NCBI GenBank assembly: GCA_903813345.2
Contig: CAIIXF020000001.1
Coordinates: 5,518,001 to 5,582,000 of the forward strand
Reading direction: 5' to 3'
Source: Owenia fusiformis
Lineage: Eukaryota
Length of the DNA: 64,000 bases
In this document: positions 49,831-64,000 of the stretch, piece after piece
How the letters are laid out: the number at the start of each line of letters is the position of its first letter
Position numbering within the stretch: position 1 is the first letter of the stretch
Program-made: the position numbers and the translations under genes
The notes under the pieces: model-generated
The model's database searches: none
Told to the model about the DNA's origin: nothing
What the model saw: the letters and a program-made list of their open reading frames with translations, nothing else

Positions 49831-51121
49831 TAGCAACAGAGTGATTTTTTGAAATTTTATATGTGAATAATAAGAAGCATGTTACACTTGCTTGTGACTC
49901 TTTGGCTAATGCCTAGTAGGCACCCATTTTCAAAAATGGCAGCCATGGCTGTTTGATGGGATTAGCTACGCCTTGGCGTTGCTGTTTTCTAGTTATATTT
50001 ATTTGTTTTGTTTTTTCCTATAGCTAGTACAGTGCACAGCCACAAGATATGCCTCAACCTGGAGAGACCATTCTATTAATTTATCTTGTCAAACTCATTG
50101 ATCAACTAAATTCATACATTTTCATTGGGTTGTGTATTAGCCTAGATTTTTGTCTATATGTTTTAGATATCATACAAAGGAGAGTTGTTTTGAATGTTAA
50201 TGTGTTTTTATTTATTTTTTAAAATGTATATAGTCATATACTTTTAAGCATGTTTTAACCAATCTATGAATTTTTCCACTGCCATATATATAGTGCTATT
50301 CATTTTCCCCTTTTTGGTGGATTGTTCCATCATCATATACTAATATGTTCAGCCGTTCTAACTCATTGTCATGTGCATCATGTGCCTAACATGTACATGT
50401 AATTAGAATCCATGTTGCTATTATCTGTTGCTTTTTATTTCATATTCTTTTATTCTTTTCTAATATTGGCACTGATTAGTATTTTCACTAATCTGTTTCC
50501 TAACGAATTCTATTGATAAACTCAAACTTGTAACATATGATTCCCCAGGCTGTTGTAATATACTTAACCCTTGTCCAACTGTATTGTTTGTCAGAAAATC
50601 CTGTTTTGATCATGACTTTTGATTCCAAACAGTCCGTACACATACTAAATATTTAGTTGAAATTTGACGTGTTGAAACGAAGACAACTACATTCTTTGTT
50701 TCCAGTTGATCCTCAGTGATTTTATCAATGACCAACTGCCATGCTTGATAAATGAATATCTGTTCATTTATCTAGGACATATTATACAATAATAATGCAT
50801 TAAATGCATTTGTTGATGTTTCATGTAAAAGTTCACAATGATCATGGCCGCTTACAGTTAGACAAGGGTTAACTGTGATGTAATCTTCATAGTAGATTCA
50901 TGTATAATTGATGGTAGTCATTTCATCAAATTGATAAATATACTTAATGTATGCCAATTGATTAATGGAAGGCCAGAATCAATATGTTTTAGTTATTATT
51001 TTAAACTGCCAAGCATTTTTTAAACATCTTATTTGTGATTTAAATACAGGTATTTTAAACTACACTGATTTGTGCATTATATTCAATAGTTTGCATTCAA
51101 TGCTCATCTTCTTTTCTGCAG

Positions 51122-51247
51122 GCAAAGGTGTCAGGCAGTAAATCCGAGAATAATTTTGAAGAAGTCTTGAACAACACAGCCAATGAAAATGCTTCAGGAG
51201 GCTCTGGCAGCACGTCTCCACTTCCCGAAGAAAAAGTCCCGCTATAA
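51122..51247 (+). CDS. TPD52: TPD52-like terminal exon
   Basis: cttttctgcag|GCA AAG GTG TCA GGC AGT AAA...CCG CTA TAA = AKVSGSKSENNFEEVLNNTANENASGGSGSTSPLPEEKVPL*; resembles the D52 C-terminus (KVGG...FxEVLNSxAN). Confidence 0.9.
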   Translation, partial: AKVSGSKSENNFEEVLNNTANENASGGSGSTSPLPEEKVPL

Positions 51248-53660
51248 TAAACACTCCATAGACTCCAGACCTTGAAGGACACAAACTTTGTAAGGGTGAT
51301 TCATGAAGAATTACCAGATTGCAGCCAAACCAGTTTTACTTATCATTGTAAAAACAATTTATGGTACTGGTACATTTTAATGGCATAAATATATAAACAT
51401 GTTACACTGCTAAATGTGGACCGGGATAATGCCTTCCTTAACTTGGTATGTGGTTTTGAAATTATATTCCATATATCTTCAATGTCTTATTCGTGTAAAA
51501 CTGGGAATTGTACCTTCTAATGGTATCATCCATTTATAATTTTCTACTTCATTTCAATATTTTTGAGTTACAACATTAAATGTAAAATGTAGTGTTGCAT
51601 ATACATGTACATGCTATTATTTTATTATTACTACTAAGCCTTCATATGAAGCTGGTTAAGCTATCTATATGATATTATATTCTTCCATCCAGTCACTATT
51701 GAGCATAAGTCACTTAGGGTAATATTGGCAACTAAAACTATTTGAATGATTGAAAAGTATTTGCTCAAATTATGCAGGTAGTGCTTCACAGAAAAACTTA
51801 GATTTGGAATAATGAAAGTGAAAGTGTTTGTTTTAAGGTGCTGCCTAACATAAAATTCAGAATTTGTGATTTGACTATGAATCTAGACAATTTTTAGTGA
51901 CAAAATTAGTTTGACTTGTGTACATGTATGTTTAGTACATTGAACAGCTGCATCCTTCCTTTGCTTCGTCTGTTCCAATTTATCAATTGACCAATTGATG
52001 AAATAAAAATGTTAAATCTGAATTTGTAATTTCCATGTATGATTTTTCAACATTTAGTGCAATGATTAATCCAGTGTGAATTATGCGTTGTTTTAATGCA
52101 TTTTCAACTCTGCATAAAAGTTATTTTGCTATTCATTCCTGGAAATTAAGTCTGAGTCGAGTTCTAAGCCATGAGCTATGAACCTCAAACTCAGGCTTAT
52201 TGGTGAATTTAATGTACAAATTTGAATGTGTGTAAAAAGCTTTGTATAAATTAGTCTATCCTCCAATTACAGGGCATTATTCATGTAGTACACATGTACA
52301 TGTTTATAATGATAATCTACAAAATCATGCCAGTGAGCCAATTTTTGATCTTGAGATCCTGTACTTGGAGAAATTAACAATTCTTACCGTGCATTATAAT
52401 AATAAAAAGAAACTATGCTTATAGGCTGTGTGATTATGAATCAACGTCTAGTAATGATCAATGCAAGATATCTATGTATTAGAAATTAGTGAAATAATCA
52501 ATAATATTATGCCATCGAACAAAGTTCGTAGGGATATAGAGAAGCTGTCCATCTATCCGTTTGTTCATTTGTCCAGGCAATAACTCAAATACCGGTTGAC
52601 AGATTTGGTTTAAATTTGAATTAAATAAAAAATATAATCTTTGATAACTCAAATACCAGTCAACGGATTTGGTTCAAATTGTATATACTGATGCCATATG
52701 GACATAGAAATCTGCTCAAGAAGGAATCTTCAAAATTACTTATGAATTTAAAATGGTCCCCTTATTTGATTTAAAATATATTTTTTGATAACTTAATACC
52801 TTTTTCAGATTTGGTTCATATTTTATGTGCAGATTGGCTAAGGACTCTGGCCAAGAAGAAATGCTAAATTCAAAATACTGCCATTTCTCAAGAAAATTAT
52901 GATAACACAAATACCAGTTACCAGATTTCTGAGATTTGGTCCAAATTTTATGCGCTAATGTTTTATGGACACACAGCCATAAGAACTCTGATCAAGAAAG
53001 AATTTAATATATGACAGCATGTCACATCATAGGTGTAGATTTTGCCAAAAGGAGACAATGCTGCTGTACTCTTTCCTGGTTATTTCTATCATGTAATGTC
53101 CAAAAATATGTTTTGTTTGGTGGAATTTGTTACTCCGTGGAGTTGCTGTTTTCAAGTTATTGCAAGGTAAAGATTGAAGAGTTAAGCTCTGCAATTTAAG
53201 ATTGCACGAATCACCCTGTTTCCTGTATCCACACCTCCTTCAACTGGCTGGAGTCTGATATCAGCCATTGTTTTTTGTGATCACCCAGTAATTATGTCCG
53301 TATCCATCCAGGTTACTAGGCTTTTAAACCCTATTTTTCCAATTTTGCCTCATAAGAGGTTGCCATGAGAATGAGGGTGATTCATGTTATCGAAAAGTGT
53401 TATTCAAATAATGGTTATATATCAGTATGTATTGATGTAATTGTAAATTATACATATGTTACTCAAATGGGTTTGAGGGATGTTAAATAGTGCAATCTGT
53501 TGAACATGTATATAGTGAGGGATAAGGTAGTAAAGTTAAATATATATGATATAACAATAACAGATGATGGAAACCAAATATGAAAGTATTGTCTCTGTTT
53601 AACATTCCGCTGTATTAATAGGAGAAATTGAGTATGACCTAATAGGTGTCACTGTATCAC

Positions 53661-54330
53661 TGTGTAGAGTATGCATCTTACACTGCAGGGGTGCAACCAG
53701 CTTTCAGTCAAGGGGGTGTGATTGTGGCATAAGCGAGCCAAACAAATTTTTCTTTAAGATATAATCTGAATTTTACAACAATTGATGCAACTTCCTTCAA
53801 AAATGAGCTGGAAGCTTCAAATAAAAAACATTTTAAAGCTCTTCTTCTATCTAATGGTTCTGTTTTCATTAGTTATGGGGGAGTGTGTTCGCAGACCATC
53901 GCACCCCCCCCCCCCCTGGCTATGCCTGTGTACTGTAATCACCTCACACTGTGTATTCACATTACACTGTGTAGTGTTTACACCTTATGGTGTGTAGAGT
54001 ATACACAATAGAGACATCTTGCACCATGTAGAGAATGCACATGTGTGAACTGTGTAGAGTATGTACCTTACACCATGAAGAGTATGCTCTTTGCACCATG
54101 TAGGATGAATCTTATATTATGGAGAGTATCCATGAAGAGTATGCACTTAACACTGTGTAAAGGATGCGCACCTTTTAGAATATGCACTTTACGATGTATT
54201 GAAGATAGATGATGCTCCTTATACAGTGTAGGGTACACATTTTACCCCATTTAAGGTAGGCATGTGCACCTTACACATTGTATAGTATGTGCTTTTGCAC
54301 CATCTAGAGTATGCATCTTACACCATGTAG
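53661..54330. repeat. Degenerate ~24-bp minisatellite (tgtagagtatgcatcttacacca-like) interrupted by a ~245-bp MITE at 53686-53930
   Basis: Repeated gtagagtatgca/cttacaccatg motifs; cactg|CAGGGGTGCAACCAG...CTGGCTATGCCTGTG|tactg. Confidence 0.65.
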
Positions 54331-57300
54331 CATCTAGATTGATATTACCGCGTTTAGATAGTTGTAGTGTTTAGACTCTAGTCAAAAATTTATCTTCTGT
54401 TTGATCAAGAAAATATTCAAAAACCGAAATAGAACTTTATATATTTTATCAAAGTATATGCAATAGCTCATTCAAATCCCAAACCACCATGATAAGAAAT
54501 GTAAATTGGCAAGTTACAGTAATATTGAGCAAGAATAATGTAAGATGCACTGACCAAACAACACTTCAATTTTGTTATTGTCACTACAGTGATGTAGTGA
54601 ATAAATATTGTATCATATTTTTCACAACTTACAAATAATCTGTTGTCTGAATGCGATACAATTAATGATTTAATAAATTCAAATAGATTGAATATATTTC
54701 AATATTATGTGTCTTCTTTGTTAAAGATGTAAAAGGGAAATTCATAGATATGTGGATTGTGGAAGAAGTTTGGCCACTTCCTATATAAAGTTATCATAAG
54801 CCTTCTTTGTTTTTTGAGGTCTCAAATATTTCATATTTATGTACTCCTAAATTATTTGAAAGCTTTGGATACATAGTATCTTAATATATACACGATTCCA
54901 TGTTCCATTCTAAGGCAGACCTGATTTGATCATGGAAGGTCAAGGCCATAGCATTTTTGCCCCAGGTATCATTAAAAAGAAAAATAAGCCATTTGTAGTG
55001 CAAATTACATGTGTTTTCAACAAAAATAGCTTATCAAAGCGCACTAACACTCACATAAGTCTTTTTAAAGACATGACGTTTTATTGCAATCGAACTCCTG
55101 TGGAGCACTAGCAACAAGGCGATACTGTTGACACACACCATTAGCCAACAAGATTGACATACCATAATCAGAGGTGTAAGTGCGCTTGAATGAGATGTTT
55201 TTGTTGAAAACGTGTGACCATGTAATTCGCACCGCATCTAGGCATATTGTTTTTCGTGATACCTGGGGGGAAAACTTGGGGGGAAATATTATGGAATTCT
55301 CTAGCGCCACAGACAGTTCAAAAACACAGCCCAAAGGTGTGCATCACTCTAATTAGTACTTATAAAGGACTTAAATGAATTCCAAATCCAGTTCATGAAC
55401 AATAACAATGAGCCAGATGCCAGTAGGTAGTTACCAGTTTCAACACTAGGTGGCTATTTCGACACAGATTACTTGACAGATATAGTTACAGAAAATTACC
55501 TTAATTTGAATAGTGATCAGGTTAAATGGATCATATGAAAGTATGTCCAGTTTTTGTGATTTTATAACATGGTCTCTGCAGATTCTACCCAACCAAGAAG
55601 TTATTGAATATTTGATGACATCGATTTTTGGGGGGATTTGCATCTATCGCAAGTGGATGTGGAGACTCCTCATATGGAATATTTCGTGTTGAGTTGACTG
55701 GAGTTCAGTCTCACCTGGCAATGATGTTACAGTATTGATCCCTGAATCCAGCCAAGAAAATATTTCAAAGATCTGACCAGATAATGAATGATGAATAAAC
55801 AATCTGATTGGTTGAGAATATTAAGCTGATGTTGAATGTGATTTCAAAGTCCCTTGATTGACTATGTCATCCTATTAGTGTTATAATATACATACATGGT
55901 GATCAAAAAACGGAAACCCTGCATTTTCCTCATATCTCAGTCATTACTCCCTGATATTTGACACAAGTGTACATCATTTGATTTTCTACCACCCTACCAC
56001 ATTTCATGACCATCAGACTGACGCATGTTGCAGGACTTTGAACAACATGCTCCAGGTGAGGCCATCATCGCGCTGTAGACAAACCTGCAGTTTTATTAGA
56101 GGAGTACTGATACAAGAAAAAAACTTCATTATATAATACATGATTTTATTTCTACTCAAGTAATAGATGTACAAAACAGCTTTATTTGACATAATAATGT
56201 GACACTATCATAAATATGTGTAGCTATAACTATTCTTGTAAAGAAAGAGAGCTTTCTTGAACAATGATAAAACAGTATGTGACACTTCTTTATTAACAAA
56301 TACATAGAAAAATAGATTTTAAGATTTTAGATAAGCAGATTAAGCTTATTGCAGATAAGCTTTACTATGGCTGATAGCCTATCTTGTGCGTAGATTTTAC
56401 CCATTTAATTGTTTTAGCAGAATTGTCATCACTACTCTCCATCTAGTTGTTTTCCACTGACATAATACCATAATGTACCAACAGTCCAACATGGATGTTT
56501 TTCTGGGGCTTTTTTCTTTTTTCTCTCAATTTACAAATTCAATTTGGCTTGATGATGTAGCAAATGTTCCAGTTTTAACAGAATGAGAAAATAGCTTCAC
56601 TGGAAGGTGTTTATTTCAGACAAATCCATTGAAAAAAAGGTGTACTATCTATTAAAGAAAAAAATGAATTCATTATTGTTCAGATCTTTGGTGTACCTTA
56701 AATAAAGTTTATAATACTAAGGGGTTAGAAAATAGACATTGATAAGAACTGATATGAGCCCAAAATATTCTAAAATTGAAACTTGCCAGCTTACTAGATC
56801 TGATACTACCTTTAATTCTAAATGACTGGTGAATATAGGGTATGAAACTACAGTATATTATAATGGTTCTATTCTAAAATTACAAGATCTACAAGCATGC
56901 AATAATAAAACCTTAATCCATGATACAAGTCATGTAAACAATGATACAATGCCTTTCTTTAAGAATATCTGACATCAGTTTTGAAATAATATATGTAACA
57001 AAACAAAGCAATGTGTGACTGTAACAATAGCATTGTCAGACACATTAAGTCATTAGAAAGTATAGTAATGACATAGGTTTCAATATTTGAACATTATTCA
57101 CATATACAGTAAAATAAAAGCGAAATTCTGCAATATGTGAATCTCCATTATGGCATTTTCAGATATGTTTAACAAGGGAAGAAAAGTGATGCTTTAAGCC
57201 TATTGTCACTCTACTATACCTAACCCCTAGAAATACATAAGATATTCTATTTGTCTAATTGTATTGTTTAGTATATTTTTGAAAGTACCTTATTAACATC

Positions 57301-57586
57301 TAACAGTCCTCCAATAAACCATTCATAAGGAATACACACATAAAAACAAATCACATAATCATTACTAATAAGCCAAATGGGTTGCTCATGAACACCAAAT
57401 GCAAGGTATAGTAGAGTGATTGTTATATCCGTCATCAGTTTTTAATTTTACCAAAATCTGCATATACCAGTACATGTATAAAAAAAAAATATTACAATAA
57501 ATATGACAGACATGTTTTTATTATATAAAATTAAAGGCATGAATCATTCTACTTTTTGCCTCCAAGAGCACATCCAAGAAATGTAT

Positions 57587-60342
57587 CTATATGTTCATCA
57601 AATGATCTGGGATATTATTTGGTTGATACCCAGTAAATGATTCATTCTTAATTGTCTGACTCCCTGGTGTAGATTTATGTTTTCGGTATTTCCCTCTTTT
57701 GTATCCACTTGCCCTACGTTTGGCCAATTGCACAGTTTTCCTGGCTCCATTAAACACGTAACCTTGACCTCTCATACGATTCCTCATTTCCACTTCCATA
57801 TGTCGCTCAAGGTCGCAACGTTTAATAAAAGCCCTATCGCATATATTGCACATGAACTGTTTTGTCTTGTGAAAAAATAAATGCTGTTCGATTTTGTCAA
57901 GTCGTTTTGACCTATAGGGACACAATTTACATTCATACATTTCCCTATTATTAACGTTGACCAGAGAGTATGACTGAAATATTGCATCTGAATGTTCATG
58001 TTTCACCGCTTTGTGGCCCAATACATGGGCCTCATAACATTCTGGGGACCTTGTCTTATAGCTACACATTCTGCAAGGGATCTCTGTACTTAGCATCTTT
58101 AACTTAGTGGAGTTAGCTGGACTTGTACTTGATGTCACCATGACATCTGCAGATGTCACCATAGCATCAACTAAGTCACCTGTTGTCTGATTTGATTCTG
58201 ATGGTGAGATTGATGTGAAACTTGATGTAGAAGGAAGGCTTTCATTGATGTCATTCTTTTCTTGAGTTTTATTCTTATGAATTAGTCCTAGCATGGTTAA
58301 CAAACGATCATTTTTATTCTTTGACTCAGAAGTGTTTTCATCAATTTGAGAGTCTGCCTCCTTATGTTTAGAGTCCTCATATTCCTGGATTGCACCAAGC
58401 TCCCCTTCACTAATGACATTTTCATTTTTGGTTGGTAATTGATTTGACATAACTCCATTTTCAGTTGGGTCCTTTGGTATTTGATTATCAACAGAAACAT
58501 CCATCTTGATCTCTTCATTGTTGTGTTGATTAGGGATTTCAAGTGATACATTCTCATCTTCTATTGATTCACCTTTATCTATATTATCAGTAGTGGTTGC
58601 TGCTTCAATATCATTAGAATCAGACCCTTTCACAGTTTCTGTTTTTTCAACTTGATTTATCTCTGTACGAGGTACACTATTCTTTGGGTTTTCCTTACCA
58701 GGTCCCTGTAGTTTTGTCATCCCACCCACATTGATCTTGTATACAACATTATTTTTGGGTTCTGGTTTATTTTTCAACATCACTATTGCATTTCTATTGG
58801 CAAATAGCTCAACCGTATTATCACCTTGATACTTACACTTAAAATGACCAGTCTTTATACATTTGTTCTTGGTAATAGTCTCCAGTCTTGCAGTATTATT
58901 GGTAAGTTCTAATCCATCATTGATATCTGTTTGTTCTTGTTTTTGTTTCTTTTTCACCAGTTTGGGTATTATTTGTACTTCTTTGTAGAGAATGTTTTGT
59001 GACATTTTCAGAGCTGATTCTGGGCTGTAACTTTGGGACTCCTCAGTTGCTATATATCCCTTGCCTCCATGTTGGATTCCGTGTTTCACTTTGCACTCTT
59101 CAAGGTGAATCTTTAAATTGTCTTTCGCCACAAATATCATGTTGCATAATAAGCACTTGAATGCAACAGTTGATTTAGGAACACCAAACTTGTCAACTGT
59201 TACCTGTAACAGTTGCCCAGTTGTTGTTTTTACTTGCTTTACACATGTGTAACTCTTCTCAGATGGAGGCTTTTGTGCATCGAACATACTTCTCATAGTT
59301 TGAAATCTGCCACCGGGATCCCTTGGTTTGTTCATAGCAATAGATGACTGCACCGTTGAACCACCTGGGGCCATCACAAGCTTTGTTTTGTGTTCTTTCT
59401 CGACATGATAACGAATAGCCTGTTCTGATACAAACATGTGTTTACAATACATACATACAAACATGCACTTCTTCGAAGTATTCCCATGCTCTGGAGAACT
59501 GAAGGGGATATGTTTTATAGGTACATGATTGGTGGGCTGAATGTAGGAAAAATCTGATGTCACTGACCCAGCTACTGACACAATCTTTGGAGAGAAATCA
59601 CTGATATCACTCACATTATGTGATAGTTGCCCTGTATCCTGACACACTGCAGAGGCTTGTATTAATAATGGAGAGGTCGGTGCTGATATTGCAGATGTTG
59701 TTAACACAGCAGATGCTGGTGATGATATAACAGGTACTGCTGGGCCATCAGGGATATCTAGTGATGGCACATGTTTGACTTCTCTATTTGTACTCTTGCA
59801 TAGCACCCCTAGCATCTCATTTGCAGTTAAACTGTGTGTCTCCAAATGTTTAAAGAATCGTACTGTGCTATTAGATTTGAAGCCACAGGTTGGGCATTCA
59901 GACGCATGATCCGGATGTATTGTCCTCAAATGCTTCTCAAATGAATTCAAACTAGTTGAGTTATACTTACAATCGTTATAGTAAGGACATTCATAGTAAT
60001 ATTTCTCATGTGTATCAACATGCCGTACAAAATCAGATAAATATAACATAGCTTTGTCGCACACTGGACAGATATAGTTGCCATTATGTGATTGCATGTG
60101 CATATCATACCTGACTTTTTGATTGGTTTTATATTTACACCTAACACAATTATAAGTCCATGCCCCCTGGTGTGGTTTCCTAGGGCCTCCGATCCAATCA
60201 TTTTCTGGACCTGGATAATAGTCTTGAGATTCACCAATATATGAATTGTCATATGGCATGTTGGGGTATTGAGGCTCTGCTTTAATTTCCAGGGACGGGT
60301 CATCAGGGCTGGCCCAGATTGAAGAGTCCATAAGAGAACTCG
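57587..60342 (-). CDS. Large multi-C2H2 zinc-finger protein, terminal exon
   Basis: tatttcag|CG AGT TCT CTT ATG GAC... in frame with the 914-aa ORF; about 9 fingers (e.g. CVRCKYKTNQKVRYDMHMQSH, CPVCDKAMLYLSDFVRHVDTH, CRMCSYKTRSPECYEAHVLGH, CKLCPYRSKRLDKIEQHLFFH); basic NLS-like KRRASGYKRGKYRKHK; minus-strand AATAAA near 56145-56150. Confidence 0.9.
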
Positions 60343-60613
60343 CTGAAATAACAATGCATTAACAATGCATTAACATGACAAGGTGGAGGAGGTAGATTAA
60401 ACAAACTCATTTATTTCATATAAACTTCATTTTACAAGTATATAACATGACATTTTGTACATGACTTGTGCATAAAAACAACATTATGATTCATCAAAGT
60501 AAATTATTGGGCCTCGATAAGAGCATGAGATTAGCATGATCTTAAGTGCAAACTAATAACTAAGGTGGCTAGTTAATTCACAAATATGTAAAAAGACTAG
60601 TAAATTCACTAAC

Positions 60614-60877
60614 ATGTCAACGTTCTTGTCCTCCCTGATCTTCTTACTCCATCAATCGCTTCAGAATTCACGTTCCTGACAGATGATGGTCTATAGCTGG
60701 GGTCCTCATGGTTTAAACCCATTCTGCTGCGTCGTGGAGACAAGCCCTTTTCACTGGGACCACCATCAGATGGAGTCGAGGTATAACCAGGACCAGGCCA
60801 AAGACCTCCAGTGCGTTGTGGGGAATGCAATGTGTTGATACTTTCTTCATCAATATCCATTTCATCATCACCCTGGT
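60614..60877 (-). CDS. Same zinc-finger gene, internal exon (264 nt, phase 1-1)
   Basis: ttttttag|AC CAG GGT GAT GAT GAA ATG...TTG ACA T|gttagt; phases join both neighbouring exons. Confidence 0.82.
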
Positions 60878-61796
60878 CTAAAAAAAACAAAATAGATATA
60901 TACTTTGTAATTCAATTTGCTACAGTTTTAAAGACAAGGCATTAACATGACAAAATGTCACCACCTGGTAAGCAAATGGTTAAAAAATTTGGTCAATTTG
61001 AAGCAAATTCGAAAAAGACCTTCTTGACCTTTTTTGACCTTGAGAAAGCCATTGAAGGTCAAATCTCAAGTCAGATTTGGGCTTCTGAGAACTTGTAGAT
61101 GGTTTTGAAAATCTCAAATCTCAAGTCAGAGAACTTGTATCTCAATAATGATTTTGAAAAAGAATTTGGTCAAATCGAAGCAAGTTCGAAAAATACCCTT
61201 TTGACCTTGAGGTAAAATCTCAAATCTGAAGTTCGATTTGAACTTCTAAGAACTAGTAGTTGATTTGAAAAATTGATTAATTTGAATCAAGTTCGAAAAA
61301 GGTCTTTTTGAACCAGAGGAGGTCTTTTAAGGTCACATCTAAAGTCGGATTTGAACTTCTGAGAACTTGTACAGGGTGTTCAAGAAACAGGACCTAAGAA
61401 AAGTTGGATAACTTAGTCAATCTTCCATATTCTGCCTTGAAAATTCAGAATTATTCAATTTATTCAATGTGATTTGTTGTGAAAGATGATTATCTACTTA
61501 TTGAGTCAGAGTTAATGTACTATATAGATGTGTTACAATTTGGAGAAACCACCTGGTATGGAGAATGACGTCACATTAATTTTGGGGAATTCTTAATATT
61601 CAAACACTTTCACTTTTGTTATTAGAGCACTTTGACATTCAATTACATATCGAGATTGCATTTATTCCATTTAGTTAATGAAAAGGAAACAAATTGATGA
61701 TATTTGTGAAAAGTTGCTTTAACGATTTCTAAGCCCTTGAATAGTCCTGAAAGTTATATAGATCCTTTAAGTTGGATTAGTTAACTTGTATCTTAC

Positions 61797-64000
61797 CTCC
61801 TGGACGCTTTACACTGTCAAGATACTGCTTTCGCATGAGTGCAATCTCATTGTTAACTTCTGAGTCACCATTATGATCATTCTCAATGATTGAATCACTG
61901 TTATCAGCACCTGCCTCACTGTTACCAACAGCATCATCTGTATCCATATGAGGGTCACTGATTGGCACATTATCTGGCACGCTCTTTTTGAATGTCTGGG
62001 TAAGTGCCATATTAGGCATCTCATGATGATCATCATTGTCAGAATCTTCATTTTCTGTATTCCTATGCTGATTGTGAAATCTTTTGATTGGTGACTTATG
62101 GTGCTGACTATGTAGTGGCTCGTGCCTCTGGACATCAGACGATTTTATGAAAACTTTGTCACAGAATTTACATACATATTTCCTGTGTATGTGTGCCTCC
62201 ATATGCTCGTCATATTTATGCTTTGATGGGGTTTTATAAGTACAAGGAATACATTCAAAGTATTTGCTCTTGTCAAGCTTTCCATCTACTTTAATATTCA
62301 AATATATGTAATTTTCTTTTTGACTCCCATCAGGATTGTTTTTATTAACATCATCTTCCTTCATGCTTACTGGAGACTCTGACTGCTTTTCATTATTTTG
62401 TTCAGATTTGTCCACAGGTTGGCTCATTTTGTCATCATTTTCTACAGAATCAAGTTGCTGATTTGATTGTTCACCAATATCATCAATAGTTGCATTACTG
62501 ACACTTGCACTGCACTCTGCCACAGTGTTTTGTGCTTCAGGGGTTTCATCCATCAGTAGATCATCTGCCTCATTTAAATTGCTAGGAACTGAAGGATCCT
62601 TAGCATTAGATTCTCCATTTATAGACTTAGAATCAGTTTTGTGAATAATATTATTGTCGTCATGCTCATTTGAAACTCCATCATTTTCTGTAGGTTTACT
62701 ACTCTCATGTTCATATTCATGGTTTCCTTGTGTTTGATCTTTGTGGAGATTACACTCATTGTTATCTTTTGTCCCCGTGGGGTGATGAACTCCATCAATG
62801 TCATTGTTTATACTGTCACTAACAGTGGTCTTGGGTTTGTTATCCGGTATGTGCTTTTTAATTGCATTAGGGGAGGTGTCCAGATGTGATGGCGAGGGCG
62901 CATACATTTTGGTTGGGTTTTCAGTAGAACTATCAAATTCAATTACATTGTTTCCAATCTTATGTGTTTTATCAACTTGTGAATAGGTACATGTGTCAAC
63001 TGAGTTCTCAATGGTTTGGTGTGAGTTGACTTGTTCTGAATTTTCACTTTGAAATACTTCCACCGGTTTGCCAGTTGATGGTTGAGGAGTGTTTGTATCA
63101 GATAGAGTTTGTACAACATCTGGAAGTAATAGTGGTGGCCATATACCAGTTGAACTTCTCTCTGAAGATTCATGACATGGATTTCCTTGACATTCTGATT
63201 CTTTATTACTCATCAGAGTCTCCGTTGCACTGTCCTTTGGATAAGAAACTGGAATTCCTTGTTTTAATGGAGGGGGCTTTGGAAGCCTTGAATTGATATT
63301 ATTGCCATTCAAGATACCATGAAGTGGATCAAATGCTTTCCGAAGTTCATGATTTTGAGGATACTGATGTGGTCTGGATAAGGGATAGGGTCTGATGTCC
63401 ATACCCTGGGGCACTGACCTCAAAAATTGCTGCGGAGGAAGTTTTCGATGTATTTCTTCTGCTGACAGTCTTCTCATGGAAGAAACCATGTGTGGCATTC
63501 CATGAATTGTGAAATTGGGATCTAACATGTGTTCAGACTCAAGCATGTTTCTTTGAATAGAATTCTGATGTTCCTGTTGAATTTGAAAACCCATGTTCTG
63601 ATTCAACTCCAACTGTTGTTCATTCACTTGTTGTACCTGTTCATGAGGACTGTATGACCCAGTTGACTCTCTTAGTTCAGCCATCCTCCTCCTGGTGTTC
63701 TTTTCAAGTTCGTTAATGACATTCATTGGACTTCTTTGTGGAGTTTCTCTGTTGAGTACTTGTGGGAACCCTTGGGGATAATGAGGGGGCATCATTTCTG
63801 GGGAAAGAGGCATCATTTGAGGAGATGGCAACATGGGAACTTGTTGGTGTAGACTGGTTTGCAGATGAGGGGGAAGACCAGGCATTCGCATATGGGAAGC
63901 AGGAGTGTTCATATACACTACACCTGGGGGTGAAAGCAAAGGCCTTTGATTAGAGCAATGTTCTATCCCCATATGGGGCCCCAGCATATCGGGCAAGCCT
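61797..64000 (-). CDS. Same zinc-finger gene, large upstream exon (continues past the window edge)
   Basis: Stop-free for over 2.2 kb; P/Q/M-rich then acidic low-complexity region, then CIPCTYKTPSKHKYDEHMEAH and CKFCDKVFIKSSDVQRHEPLH; donor CCA GGA G|gtaaga at 61797/61796. Confidence 0.88.

Overview
AT-rich animal (invertebrate-like) nuclear DNA with spliceosomal introns and many non-autonomous DNA transposons; nothing prokaryotic (no CRISPR, rRNA, tRNA or operon seen). Gene order: (1) last exon of a C2H2 zinc-finger gene (+, 358-840); (2) complete 4-exon SF3B6/p14 splicing-factor gene (-, 3133-6351); (3) divergently transcribed 7-exon tumour protein D52-family gene (+, 6687-51247) with a 29-kb first intron and candidate alternative exons; (4) the 3' three exons of a large (>1700 aa) multi-C2H2 zinc-finger gene (-, 57587 to beyond 64000). 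The most unusual feature is inside TPD52 intron 1: a tandem duplication (about 16647-23615 / 23614-34038). Each copy carries a long uninterrupted acidic ORF (608 and 574 aa) that I cannot assign to a known family. The frame is preserved through several indels and the C-terminus differs mostly at synonymous sites. The two copies also give filled/empty site pairs for three transposon insertions (Helentron-like HINE, 4.9-kb long-TIR element, 433-bp MITE). A haplotype-derived false duplication cannot be excluded from sequence alone. All counts and alignments were done by eye.
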